DNA of 64,000 nt, from assembly GCA_963823495.1 (NCBI GenBank), contig CAWGLV010000001.1:1452886-1516885 (forward strand), given 5' to 3'. The stretch's first letter is position 1, and each line of letters opens with the position of its first letter. This stretch comes from an uncultured Microthrixaceae bacterium. GTDB lineage: Bacteria; Actinomycetota; Acidimicrobiia; Acidimicrobiales; DATDAH01. Positions 9,265-17,652 of this stretch are shown in pieces. A model generated the notes under the pieces. It made no database searches. It saw nothing but the letters and a program-made list of their open reading frames with translations, and was not told the DNA's origin. The position numbers were made by a program, and so were the translations under genes.

Positions 9265-9399
9265 GGCAACAACTCTCTCGGAAGGGTTCGTCCCGGGGGA
9301 AGGACCCCTTCAGGATACCGCCGCCGTGGCCCGGACCGGGCGCTCAGGAGGCGTCGGCCCCGTCCGTCGGCGCTACCGGTTGCCGCCTCGGACTTCGAA

Positions 9400-9702
9400 T
9401 CAGAAGAGGGGACCCTTCGCGGCGCCGTCGTACTTGTGCAGGTCCATGTCGCTGACCTTCAGCTGACCGAGCCCGGCCATGAACTCCGCCATGTGCGGGG
9501 TGGCGAAGTGGAGGTCCACGGCCTCCTGGGACTCCCACTCCTCGAAGATGCGCACCAGCGTCGGGTCCTCGGGGTGCTGCCAGAACCCGTAGGCGTTACA
9601 GCCCTCCTCGGCCAGGCTGGCCGCAGCCATGGTGGCGCCGAGCGCCATGGCCGGCTCGAGGTCGGCGGGGTCGAGGCGAAGGGTTCCGGAGACGATGATC
9701 AT
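9400..9702 (-). CDS. antibiotic biosynthesis monooxygenase (ABM) family / putative quinol monooxygenase
   Basis: 100 aa: MIIVSGTLRLDP.. ..CNAYGFWQHPEDPTLVRIFEEWESQEAVDLHFATPHM is a typical ABM fold signature. Confidence 0.7.
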   Translation of the reverse strand: MIIVSGTLRLDPADLEPAMALGATMAAASLAEEGCNAYGFWQHPEDPTLVRIFEEWESQEAVDLHFATPHMAEFMAGLGQLKVSDMDLHKYDGAAKGPLF

Positions 9703-9770
9703 CGCTACAGCATGACCGATCCGCCAGCACCGGCGGATCGGGGCTCAGCGGTCATGGCCCCATCGGCGCC

Positions 9771-9805
9771 GAAAACGACGGAACCGCCCCCGAAGGGGCG
9801 GTTCC
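9771..9805 (-). terminator. intrinsic terminator-like hairpin downstream of the 82-aa gene
   Basis: Perfect 11-bp stem GGAACCGCCCC/GGGGCGGTTCC (9780-9790 / 9795-9805) with a 4-nt loop, followed on the minus strand by GTCGTTTTC. Confidence 0.55.
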
Positions 9806-9838
9806 CGGAACTCGTGGTCGGCCCCTCGGGGCCGGAGG

Positions 9839-10087
9839 TCACTCGACGCCGAGCTGCATCAGGATGTCGTCCCGACGCTCCTCGAACTCCTCGCTGTCCA
9901 GCTCGCCGGCGGCGTGCTTCTCGTTGATGATGCGGAACTCCTCCATCAACGCGTCCAGGTCGGGAGCCTCTTCGGCTTCGACGCCTTCCTCGTCCTTCTC
10001 CAGGCGTCGGGCGCGCTTGGCCGCCTGCTTCTCCTGGCGGGCCTTCTCGCGTTGCCGCTTGGCGAACGTCTCTCCACTTCGGGCCAT
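9839..10087 (-). CDS. small charged protein, SHOCT-like C-terminus
   Basis: 82 aa with a Lys/Arg/Glu-rich N-terminal half. The C-terminal ..AAGELDSEEFEERRDDILMQLG resembles the SHOCT motif. It starts 2 nt after the helicase stop. Confidence 0.55.
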   Translation of the reverse strand: MARSGETFAKRQREKARQEKQAAKRARRLEKDEEGVEAEEAPDLDALMEEFRIINEKHAAGELDSEEFEERRDDILMQLGVE

Positions 10088-10088
10088 G

Positions 10089-11456
10089 TCACACCACCCT
10101 CACGTTGCGGGCCTCGTCACCTTTTCGACCCTGGGCGATCTCGAACGACACCTGCTCGCCTTGGTCGAGCACACTGCGGGACCCGGTGACGTTCGTGTGG
10201 TGCACGAACAGGTCGTCGCGGCCGGGCACGGTGATGAAACCGAAGCCACGGCGGGTGTCGAAGAACTTCACCGTACCGGTTGGCCCACCGCTTTTCCGAC
10301 CACCGTGGGGACGCTCGGCCCGCGGTCGGGCCGCCTCCATGCGAAGGGCGCCGGGGTTCACGATCTCGCCCGGGAGCCCCAACTTCCGTTGCATCTTGCG
10401 GTTGTCGGACTGCTCCTCGTTGCGGACCAGGGACACCACCACACCGGTGGCGCCGGCGCGAGCGGTACGGCCGGAGCGGTGCAGGTAGGTCTTCTCGTCC
10501 TCGGGGGGATCGAAGTGCAGGACGCAGGCCACGCCGTCGACGTGGATGCCGCGGGCGGCCACGTCGGTGGCCACCAGGGCGTCGACCCGCCCCTTGACGA
10601 AGGAGTCGAGGGCACGGTCCCGCTGGCCCTGGGAGCGGCCGCCGTGGATGGCGGCGGCCCGCACGCCGCTCTTGCCCAGCTGCTGGGTCAGGCGATCCGC
10701 ACCCCGACGGGTACGACAGAAGACGATCGTGGGCCCGGCGTCCTTGATCACCTCGACGGTGTGGTCCCGGCGGTCCATGTGGGCCACCTTCCAGAACAGG
10801 TGCCGCGCGGTGGTGATGTCGGGCTCGACGTCGCCCACCTCGTGGCGGGTCGGCCGGTTCTGATAGCGGTCGGTGACCACCTTGACGTCACCGTCGAGGG
10901 TGGCGGAGAACAGCACGGTCTGCCGGTCGTCCGGGGTGGCGTCGAGGAGGCGCTTGACCGCAGGCAGGAAGCCCATGTCGGCCATGCGGTCGGCTTCGTC
11001 GATGACGACGATCTCGATGTCGGAGAGCTCGACGTCGCGGGTCTGGATCAGGTCCTCGAGGCGGCCGGGGCAGGCCACGAGGACGTCGACCCCCTTGCGC
11101 AGCGCACCGCGCTGGCCGCCGTAGCCGACACCGCCGTAGACCGAGACGGCCCGACGCTTCCGGATGGCGAGCAGCGGGCTCAGTTCCTTGTGGATCTGCT
11201 CGGCCAGCTCACGGGTGGGGGACAGCACCAGGGCCCGCGGGCGGCGGGGCGTGCCCTTGCCGACGCGTGTGGCCAGGGGGATGCCGAAGGCCAGGGTCTT
11301 GCCCGAGCCGGTCGGCGCCCGGCCGCACACGTCACGGCCGTCGAGGAGGTCCGGGAGGGTGGCCTCCTGGATCGGGAAGGGCGCGTCGATGCCCTTCTGG
11401 CTGAGGGTCCGGACGACGTCGTCGGGCACGCCGAGATCGGCGAAGGAGGGGGACAT
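10089..11456 (-). CDS. DEAD-box ATP-dependent RNA helicase with C-terminal cold-shock domain
   Basis: APTGSGKTLAF, VIDEADRM, SAT and HGGRSQGQR motifs. C-terminal GTVKFFDTRRGFGFITV..DLFVHH.. is a CspA-like OB fold with RNP1/RNP2. AGGAG lies 9 nt before the ATG at 11456. Confidence 0.9.
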   Translation of the reverse strand: MSPSFADLGVPDDVVRTLSQKGIDAPFPIQEATLPDLLDGRDVCGRAPTGSGKTLAFGIPLATRVGKGTPRRPRALVLSPTRELAEQIHKELSPLLAIRKRRAVSVYGGVGYGGQRGALRKGVDVLVACPGRLEDLIQTRDVELSDIEIVVIDEADRMADMGFLPAVKRLLDATPDDRQTVLFSATLDGDVKVVTDRYQNRPTRHEVGDVEPDITTARHLFWKVAHMDRRDHTVEVIKDAGPTIVFCRTRRGADRLTQQLGKSGVRAAAIHGGRSQGQRDRALDSFVKGRVDALVATDVAARGIHVDGVACVLHFDPPEDEKTYLHRSGRTARAGATGVVVSLVRNEEQSDNRKMQRKLGLPGEIVNPGALRMEAARPRAERPHGGRKSGGPTGTVKFFDTRRGFGFITVPGRDDLFVHHTNVTGSRSVLDQGEQVSFEIAQGRKGDEARNVRVV

Positions 11457-11645
11457 TGCGGAACTGCTCCTGACTGCCCGTTTCGAGACGGGCCGGCGCA
11501 ACGGTGCGCCGTGGATCGAAACGGTGGAGAGGCGATCCAGCCGGAACGGGGGTTTACGGGGGGCGCCGTACCGGGGAGCTTCGCTGTGAACCTTGCCTCC
11601 ACCCGGTGGCAGGGACCAAGGGTAGCGGCGGGCTCCCGCCCTTCC
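11457..11645 (-). promoter_or_regulatory. long structured 5' leader / promoter region of the helicase gene
   Basis: 189-bp gap containing several short perfect hairpins on the mRNA strand, e.g. GGCGCA-CCGT-TGCGCC and GCCCGT-CTCGAA-ACGGGC, just upstream of the RBS. Confidence 0.35.
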
Positions 11646-12191
11646 TCAGCCGATCACCATGGCCGCGAGCAGGGTGAGGCCGCCGACCACGAGGATGACC
11701 GGTGCGGCGAGGGCGCTGATGCCGACGCGGATGAGGCGCGTCGGCCGGAGGGTCTGGACGAGGGCTGACGCGGGGGCGAGCCCGCCCTGGTTGAGGACCT
11801 CGACGTCGGAGCGCAGGGCCCACAGGGCGCGGCCGAGGGTCGTCACGCGTCGAAGGCCTCGGGCCTCGACGAACTCGCGCTCGCCGGACCCCAGCTTCGC
11901 CGCGAGGGTCCCGGCGGCCTCCTTGAGCTCGGCGGTGCTCACCTCCGGCAGCGCGCGCACCGGACCCAAGGCGGCCCCGAACCGGGCGAGGCTGACGGGG
12001 GCGATGGTGGCCACGAGGGCGATGATCCCGCCGAACACGAGGGCGTCGCCGGACCAGTCGTCGGCCAGGCCGATGCCGACGGCGAACGCCGCCGTCCCGG
12101 CGCCGGCTGCTCCCGCCAGGATCCAGACGGTGGCCTGGATGACCCGGACCAGCGCGGCGACCCGGGCCACGACCTCCTCGATCAGCGCCAC
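11646..12191 (-). CDS. hypothetical membrane protein
   Basis: 181 aa with predicted TM segments at the N-terminus (VWILAGAAGAGTAAFAVGIGL, ALVFGGIIALVATIAPV) and C-terminus (ALAAPVILVVGGLTLLAAMVIG). GTG start. Confidence 0.6.
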   Translation of the reverse strand: MALIEEVVARVAALVRVIQATVWILAGAAGAGTAAFAVGIGLADDWSGDALVFGGIIALVATIAPVSLARFGAALGPVRALPEVSTAELKEAAGTLAAKLGSGEREFVEARGLRRVTTLGRALWALRSDVEVLNQGGLAPASALVQTLRPTRLIRVGISALAAPVILVVGGLTLLAAMVIG

Positions 12192-12262
12192 CGGATCACC
12201 GTAGGTGCGTTCTGGTCGCGTCCAGCCGTTGATGCCGCGCGTGGCGCGACCAGAACCCGGGT
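12188..12262 (-). repeat. hairpin repeat, member of the GCGACCAGAA / GGTCG..CGACC family (minus orientation)
   Basis: Perfect 12-bp inverted repeat GTTCTGGTCGCG (12209-12220) / CGCGACCAGAAC (12245-12256) with a 24-nt loop. The minus-strand tail GCGACCAGAACGCACC..GATCCGGTGG resembles the copies at 43301, 43372 and 51397. Confidence 0.6.
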
Positions 12263-12945
12263 CAGTTGGTGACGATGAAGGTGGCGAGGGCCCGTTCGAG
12301 CGCCTCGACGTCGGCCTGCTGGGTGATCTGCACGCCGATGACGCCGTGGTAGCTCTGGTCGGCGGGCTCGAAGGCGACCCAGGCGAAGTCGGTCTCGGTG
12401 CCCGCGCAGTCCTCGAACACCTCCGAGACCCCCGTGTAGACGGGATCGGCGTAGGGCTGGCGGCCCAAGGACGTGCACTGGCCGGCCTGGCCTTGGCTGA
12501 CCGCGGACAGGATCTCGTCGGTGCTCTGGTCGGTCTCGATGCCCGTCGCCTGGAACTCGAGGCCGGAGACGTTGTAGGTCTGGATCCACTGCTGGACGTC
12601 GGTGGACGCGATGATGTCGGGCCCGAAGAGACCTGGGCTGCCGTCCACGTCGACCCAGGCAGCCGGCACCTCGACGCTGAGCAGGCCGGAGTCGTCGTTC
12701 ACGATGACGTACTCGCCGTAGGTCGTGGTGTCGGTGTCCACCTCGCCGAGGTCCTCCTCGACGGCATCACCGAAGTCGCCGATGGCATCCTCCCGGTCGT
12801 CCGCGGTCTGCTCGGTCGTGGTGGTGGTCGTCTCGTCGGTCGTGGTGGTGGTCGCGGACTCCCCGCCGTCGTCACCGCCACAGGCGATCACGACCAGCCC
12901 GAAAGCCAGGATCAGGACGAGCGGGCGCAGGAAGGGGCGGGGCAT
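12262..12945 (-). CDS. lipoprotein, unknown function
   Basis: MPRPFLRPLVLILAFGLVVIACGGDD is a signal peptide plus lipobox Cys, followed by a Thr/Asp/Glu-rich linker. Only this terminal part of the 1065-aa track ORF is protein-like. Confidence 0.7.
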   Translation of the reverse strand: MPRPFLRPLVLILAFGLVVIACGGDDGGESATTTTTDETTTTTTEQTADDREDAIGDFGDAVEEDLGEVDTDTTTYGEYVIVNDDSGLLSVEVPAAWVDVDGSPGLFGPDIIASTDVQQWIQTYNVSGLEFQATGIETDQSTDEILSAVSQGQAGQCTSLGRQPYADPVYTGVSEVFEDCAGTETDFAWVAFEPADQSYHGVIGVQITQQADVEALERALATFIVTN

Positions 12946-13014
12946 GGGGGATCCTCTCCGATGGGTGCAGCGCGGCAGATCGTAGGCCTGCTGAGGACCT
13001 ACGATCCCGCAACC

Positions 13015-15252
13015 ATGGCGAACCCCGTCACCCACCTGCGCACCTGCCCGTTGTGTGAGGCCATGTGTGGCCTCGAGGTCGCCGTGGAGGACGACCGCGT
13101 CACCCTCATCCGGGCCGACCGTGAGGACGTCTGGAGCTCGGGGTACCTGTGCCCCAAGGGCACCACTCTCGGCCATCTGCACGAGGACCCCGACCGCCTG
13201 CGGGCGCCGCTGGTCCGCGACGGCGACGGCTTCCGCGAGGTGACCTGGGACGAGGCCTTCGCCGCGGTCGAGGCCCTGCTGGCGCCCGTGCTGGCCGAGG
13301 ACGGCGTCGACGCCGTGTCCTGCTACATCGGCAACCCGACCGCCCACAACTTCTCGCTCGGCCGCTATGCGGGGGCGTTCGTGCCGATGAGCGGCATCAC
13401 CCAGCTGTACTCGGCGGGAACGGTCGACCAGTGGCCCAAGAACGTCGTGGCGGCGCTGCTCTACGGCGGCATGTGGGACATCCCGGTCCCGGACCTGGAC
13501 CGCACGGACTTCCTCCTGATGCTCGGCGCCAACCCTGCGGCCAGCCAGGGGAGCCTCATGGCCTGCCCGGACGTGTTGGGCCGAATCGACGCCATTCGGG
13601 CCCGGGGCGGTCGGGTGGTCGTGGCCGACCCTCGGCGCACCGCGACGGCCGAGCGGGCCGGCGAGTGGGTGCCGGTGAGGCCCGGGACCGACGCCCTCCT
13701 GTTGATGGCCATGGTCCAGGTCCTCTTCGCCGAGGACCTGGTCGATCTCGCCCACCTGGCGCCCCTGGTCGACGGCGTCGAGGAGATCAGACGAGGGGCC
13801 GCACCGTTCACGCCCGAGGCCGTCGAAGCGGCCACCCGCGTGCCGAGGGACGTGATCCGGGACCTGGCCCGCACCCTGGCGGCCGCGCCCACGGGCGTCG
13901 TCTACGGGCGCATCGGCACCTGCAACCAGGAGTTCGGGACCCTGGCCTCGTGGCTGGTCGAGGTCCTCAACATCCTCACCGGGAACCTCGACCGGCCCGG
14001 CGGCTCGATGTTCCCGGACCCGGTCTCCTGGTCGATGGTGTCGCTGCGGCCACCGGACCAGGCCGACGGATGGGGGTTCGGGCGCTGGGCCAGCCGGGTG
14101 CGGGGCGCGCCCGAGGTCCTCGGCCAGTACCCCGCGTCCTGCCTGGCCGAGGAGATCGACACGCCGGGCGACGGCCGCATCAGGGCCCTGGTCGTCATCG
14201 CGGGGAACCCGGTCATCTCCGCGCCCGACAGCGATCGGCTGGACGCCGCACTGCCCCGGCTGGACGCGATGATCTCGATCGACAACTGGCTCAACGAGAC
14301 GAGTCGGCACGCCCACGTGATCCTTCCCGGGCTGTCGGCCCTCGAGCAGCCTCATTACGACGACCTGATCTGGGGGTTCGCCACCCGCAACGCGGCCAAG
14401 GTCTCCGAGGCCGTGTTCCCGCCCCCGCCCGACCGCCCGGCGGAGTGGGAGATCCTCCTGCGGGTCGCCGCCATGATCGGCGGCACCGCCGCCGCCGAGG
14501 TCGACGTCGAGGGCTTCGACGACGGCTACTTCATGGGCCTCGTCATGGCTCATCAGGCCCAGCCCGGCTCCCGCATCGCCGATCACGACCTGGCCCAGGT
14601 CCTCGAGGCGACGCCGGGCGGCGGCCCCGAGCGCATCCTGGACTTCGGGCTCCGGGTGGGGCCGCGAGGCGAGGGTTACGGGAGAGATCCCGAGGGCCTG
14701 ACCCTGGCTCGTCTCCGGGAGCATCCCCACGGCATCGACTTCGGCCCCCTCGAGCCCCGGCTGCCCGACCTGCTGAGCAGTCCGGGACGTCGCATCGACC
14801 TCACCCCCGGGTACCTCACCGGTGACCTGGACCGCCTGGCGGCCCGGATCGGGAGAACGGAGGAGGCCCTGGTCCTGGTGAGCCGACGCCACCTCCGATC
14901 CAACAACTCCTGGATGCACAACGTGGAGGTCCTGGTGAAGGGCAAGGACCGCTGCACGCTCGAGATCAACACAGAGGACGCCGAGCGCCTCGGGCTGGTG
15001 GACGGCACCCGGGTCCGCGTGACCTCCGAAGCGGGCGCGCTCGAGGTCCCCGTCGAGGTCACCGACGCGATCAGTTCCGGGGTCGTCTGCCTCCCCCACG
15101 GCTGGGGTCACGACAAGGAGGGCACCCGACTGGCGGTCGCCAGCGAGCACGCCGGGGTCAACAGCAACGTCCTGGCTCCCGGTCACCTGGTCGACGTGCT
15201 CAGCGGCAACGCCGTGGTCAACGGCATCCCGGTCGAGGTCGCCCCGGCCTGA
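13015..15252 (+). CDS. molybdopterin-dependent oxidoreductase (formate dehydrogenase/DMSO reductase superfamily)
   Basis: Starts MANPVTHLRTCPLCEAMCGLEV...YLCPKG, an N-terminal 4Fe-4S Cys cluster. 745 aa with a C-terminal molybdopterin dinucleotide-binding-like region (..VTSEAGALEVPVEVTD..VCLPHGWG). Confidence 0.85.
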   Translation: MANPVTHLRTCPLCEAMCGLEVAVEDDRVTLIRADREDVWSSGYLCPKGTTLGHLHEDPDRLRAPLVRDGDGFREVTWDEAFAAVEALLAPVLAEDGVDAVSCYIGNPTAHNFSLGRYAGAFVPMSGITQLYSAGTVDQWPKNVVAALLYGGMWDIPVPDLDRTDFLLMLGANPAASQGSLMACPDVLGRIDAIRARGGRVVVADPRRTATAERAGEWVPVRPGTDALLLMAMVQVLFAEDLVDLAHLAPLVDGVEEIRRGAAPFTPEAVEAATRVPRDVIRDLARTLAAAPTGVVYGRIGTCNQEFGTLASWLVEVLNILTGNLDRPGGSMFPDPVSWSMVSLRPPDQADGWGFGRWASRVRGAPEVLGQYPASCLAEEIDTPGDGRIRALVVIAGNPVISAPDSDRLDAALPRLDAMISIDNWLNETSRHAHVILPGLSALEQPHYDDLIWGFATRNAAKVSEAVFPPPPDRPAEWEILLRVAAMIGGTAAAEVDVEGFDDGYFMGLVMAHQAQPGSRIADHDLAQVLEATPGGGPERILDFGLRVGPRGEGYGRDPEGLTLARLREHPHGIDFGPLEPRLPDLLSSPGRRIDLTPGYLTGDLDRLAARIGRTEEALVLVSRRHLRSNNSWMHNVEVLVKGKDRCTLEINTEDAERLGLVDGTRVRVTSEAGALEVPVEVTDAISSGVVCLPHGWGHDKEGTRLAVASEHAGVNSNVLAPGHLVDVLSGNAVVNGIPVEVAPA

Positions 15253-15277
15253 GGCTCTGGCGGGCCGGGGCCGGCCG

Positions 15278-16312
15278 TCAGGTCGGCGCGGTCTCCTCGG
15301 CACCGTCGTCGTCGGCGCGCCCGTTGTCGTCGTGGGGCTGGACGACGAAGACCCGGAGGCGGTCAAAGCCCTGGAGGCGGCGGATCGAGTGGACCCGCTG
15401 GGCCTCGATCGACCCCTCCTCGGCCAGCGCCCTCGCCACGGTGGTGTCCACCAGCACATTGCCCGAGCGGACCACGTCGACCAGGCGGTGGGCCAGGTTC
15501 ACCGGTCGGCCGAAGACGTCCCCCTGGCGCAGCACCACCGGCCCGGCGGCGACCCCCGCTCGGAGGGGCGGTAGTCCGTGGTGGTCGCCGACCTCGGCGA
15601 CGAGGCGCAGCGCGGTCCGGGTCGCCGCGACGGGGTCGGGCGAGGCGAACATGACCTCGTCGCCCAACATCTTGACGACCCGACCGGACTCCTCGGCCAC
15701 GACGTCGCCGGCGGCCTGGGTGAAGACCTCGATCAGGTCGCTGAGCTCGCGTACCTCCAGGTGGTTGGCCATCTTGGTGAACCCCACGAGGTCGGCGAAC
15801 CCGACCGCCCGTGTCGGCAGGAGGTCGTCGGGGTCCTCGCGGTCGACCAGCACGGCGTTCTCCACCGCCGCCAGGAGGTGGCGCCGGTAGAGGTAGACGA
15901 GGAGGTCGTCGAGGGTCGGGAGGACCTCGCTGACGAGCACCTGGACCCCTCCCAGGTCGCGCTGGGTCGGTGTGATCATCTCGAGGTTGGACGCGGCGAT
16001 GGTGGCCAAGGCCTGGCTCATCACCCGGGTCTGGGCCCGCAGGGAGTGGTCGTCGAGGACGCCGGCGGCCCGGAGGGCGAGGGAGGCCCGGAGCGCGGCG
16101 ACGTCGCGGTCGGTGAACGCGATCTCGTCGTCGGGCATGTCGGGGAAGCCCATGGCCCGCCAGAGGTCCTCGGCGGTGTCGTGGTCACAGCCGGCCAACG
16201 TGGCGACCTCGATCGAGTTGTACCGGCGTTCCCCGTCGAGCAGGGCGTCGGCGGCGAGGTCGAGCAAGGCTTGGCGTTCGGCTTCGGAGGTCTTCGCCGG
16301 GGCGCTCATCAC
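15278..16312 (-). CDS. adenylate/guanylate cyclase domain-containing protein
   Basis: C-terminal class III cyclase core VGFADLVGFTKMAN...VKMLGDEVMFAS...RAGVAAGPVV...GDVFGRPVNLAHRL. Confidence 0.85.
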   Translation of the reverse strand: MMSAPAKTSEAERQALLDLAADALLDGERRYNSIEVATLAGCDHDTAEDLWRAMGFPDMPDDEIAFTDRDVAALRASLALRAAGVLDDHSLRAQTRVMSQALATIAASNLEMITPTQRDLGGVQVLVSEVLPTLDDLLVYLYRRHLLAAVENAVLVDREDPDDLLPTRAVGFADLVGFTKMANHLEVRELSDLIEVFTQAAGDVVAEESGRVVKMLGDEVMFASPDPVAATRTALRLVAEVGDHHGLPPLRAGVAAGPVVLRQGDVFGRPVNLAHRLVDVVRSGNVLVDTTVARALAEEGSIEAQRVHSIRRLQGFDRLRVFVVQPHDDNGRADDDGAEETAPT

Positions 16313-16417
16313 GGCACGCTAACCGGCCCTTGCCTCGGGCCCGGACCTGGGTCAGGATCGGGGGGCTTCCCCGGTCGTCGCTTCCCCCAGCGACCACTCC
16401 ATCGACCCGGAGAAGCC

Positions 16418-16846
16418 ATGTCCGTTCCCCAGCGCCTCGGCGCGGCCGCCCTCGCGGCCATCCTGCTGACCGGAGCCGCCGGCCTCGTCGCCGCAGCCCC
16501 GGCCGGCGCCACCACCGGTCACGGTGCAGTGGCCACACCGGCCAACGGCACCGCCCATCCCTGGTCCACCGACGGTTGCTCGGCCGCGCCCGAGCGCGGG
16601 CCGAGTTGGGACTTCCATCACGCCTGCATCCACCACGACGGTTGTTACCGCGGCCACTGGCGGAGCCGGCGCACCTGTGACGGTTGGTTCCTCCGCGACA
16701 TGAGGGCGTCGTGCCGGGTGCTGCACCCCTCCGGTGTCGTTCGTCGGTGGGCCTGTCGCGGGGTCGCCTCCGTCTACTGGGCCGCGGTGCGGGCCTTCGG
16801 GGCCTCGGCCTATCACCACCGGGTGGTGGGGGCACCGGTCAACTGA
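16418..16846 (+). CDS. secreted prokaryotic phospholipase A2-like protein
   Basis: Signal peptide MSVPQRLGAAALAAILLTGAAGLVAAAPAGA, then STDGCSAAPE..WDFHHACIHHDGCY (DGC..P / C..HD.CY catalytic signature) and further Cys pairs. Confidence 0.65.
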   Translation: MSVPQRLGAAALAAILLTGAAGLVAAAPAGATTGHGAVATPANGTAHPWSTDGCSAAPERGPSWDFHHACIHHDGCYRGHWRSRRTCDGWFLRDMRASCRVLHPSGVVRRWACRGVASVYWAAVRAFGASAYHHRVVGAPVN

Positions 16847-16890
16847 CCGGGGGCCGGGGGTGGCGGGCGGGCGAATGAAGCGCCTTCTGT

Positions 16891-17652
16891 TCACAACCTG
16901 CCCGCGTCCGTGACGCGCTTGAGGAACTGCCGGGTCCGCTCGTGGCGGGGCTGCTTGAAGAGCGTGGCCGGCGGGCCCTCCTCCAGGACCCGGCCCTCGT
17001 GCAGGAAGGCCACCCGGTGGGCCACGTCGCGGGCGAAGCCCATCTCGTGGGTGGCCAGCACCATGGTCATGCCGCCCACGGCCAGATCGCGGATGACCGC
17101 CAGCACCTCGCCCACCAGTTCGGGGTCGAGGGCGGAGGTGACCTCGTCGAGCAGGAGCAACTCGGGGCCGGTGACCAACGCCCGGGCGATGGCGGCCCGC
17201 TGCTGCTGGCCACCGGAGAGCCGGTCCGGGTAGTCGTCGACCTTGTCGGCGAGGCCGAGTCGGTCGAGGACCTCACGGGCCTGGGCCTCGGCGTCCTGGC
17301 GGCCCAACCCGTGGACCCGGCGCGGGGCCAGGGTGACGTTGGCCAGCACGGTCATGTGGGGGAACAGGTTGAAGGACTGGAAGACGATCCCGATCCGTTG
17401 GCGCACGGCGTTGGCGTTGGCCCCGTGACCGCTGACGAGCTCTCCGTCGAGGTGGATGGTGCCCCCGTCGATGCGCTCGAGGAGGTCGACACAGCGCAGG
17501 AGGGTCGACTTCCCGCACCCGCTCGGCCCGATGAGGGCGACCACCTCGTGTTCGGCCACCGAGAGGTCGATGCCGTCCAGGACGGCCTTGGGGCCGAAGG
17601 ACTTCCGCAGGTCGCGGACCTCGAGTCGGGCCGTCCCGGGCGGAGTGCTCAC
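16891..17652 (-). CDS. amino acid ABC transporter ATP-binding protein
   Basis: GPSGCGKST Walker A, LSGGQQQR signature and LLLDEVTSALD Walker B. GTG start overlaps the permease TGA (GTGA). Confidence 0.9.
   Translation of the reverse strand: MSTPPGTARLEVRDLRKSFGPKAVLDGIDLSVAEHEVVALIGPSGCGKSTLLRCVDLLERIDGGTIHLDGELVSGHGANANAVRQRIGIVFQSFNLFPHMTVLANVTLAPRRVHGLGRQDAEAQAREVLDRLGLADKVDDYPDRLSGGQQQRAAIARALVTGPELLLLDEVTSALDPELVGEVLAVIRDLAVGGMTMVLATHEMGFARDVAHRVAFLHEGRVLEEGPPATLFKQPRHERTRQFLKRVTDAGRL

Noticed and set aside
9330-9400. tRNA-like TTCGAATC motif (9384-9391) between typA and the ABM gene
   Set aside because: No acceptor, D or anticodon stems can be drawn around it. It is an isolated T-loop-like string only.
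7564-9927. 787-aa + strand ORF opposite typA
   Set aside because: It is a low-complexity Gly/Asp/Leu/Val/His-rich antisense shadow typical of high-GC DNA. typA on the minus strand has all the GTPase motifs.
12262-15459. 1065-aa minus-strand ORF covering the whole molybdoenzyme gene
   Set aside because: Only its last 227 aa (the lipoprotein, 12262-12945) look like protein. The rest is an Arg/Pro/Gly/His-rich antisense shadow of the clearly recognisable + strand molybdopterin oxidoreductase.
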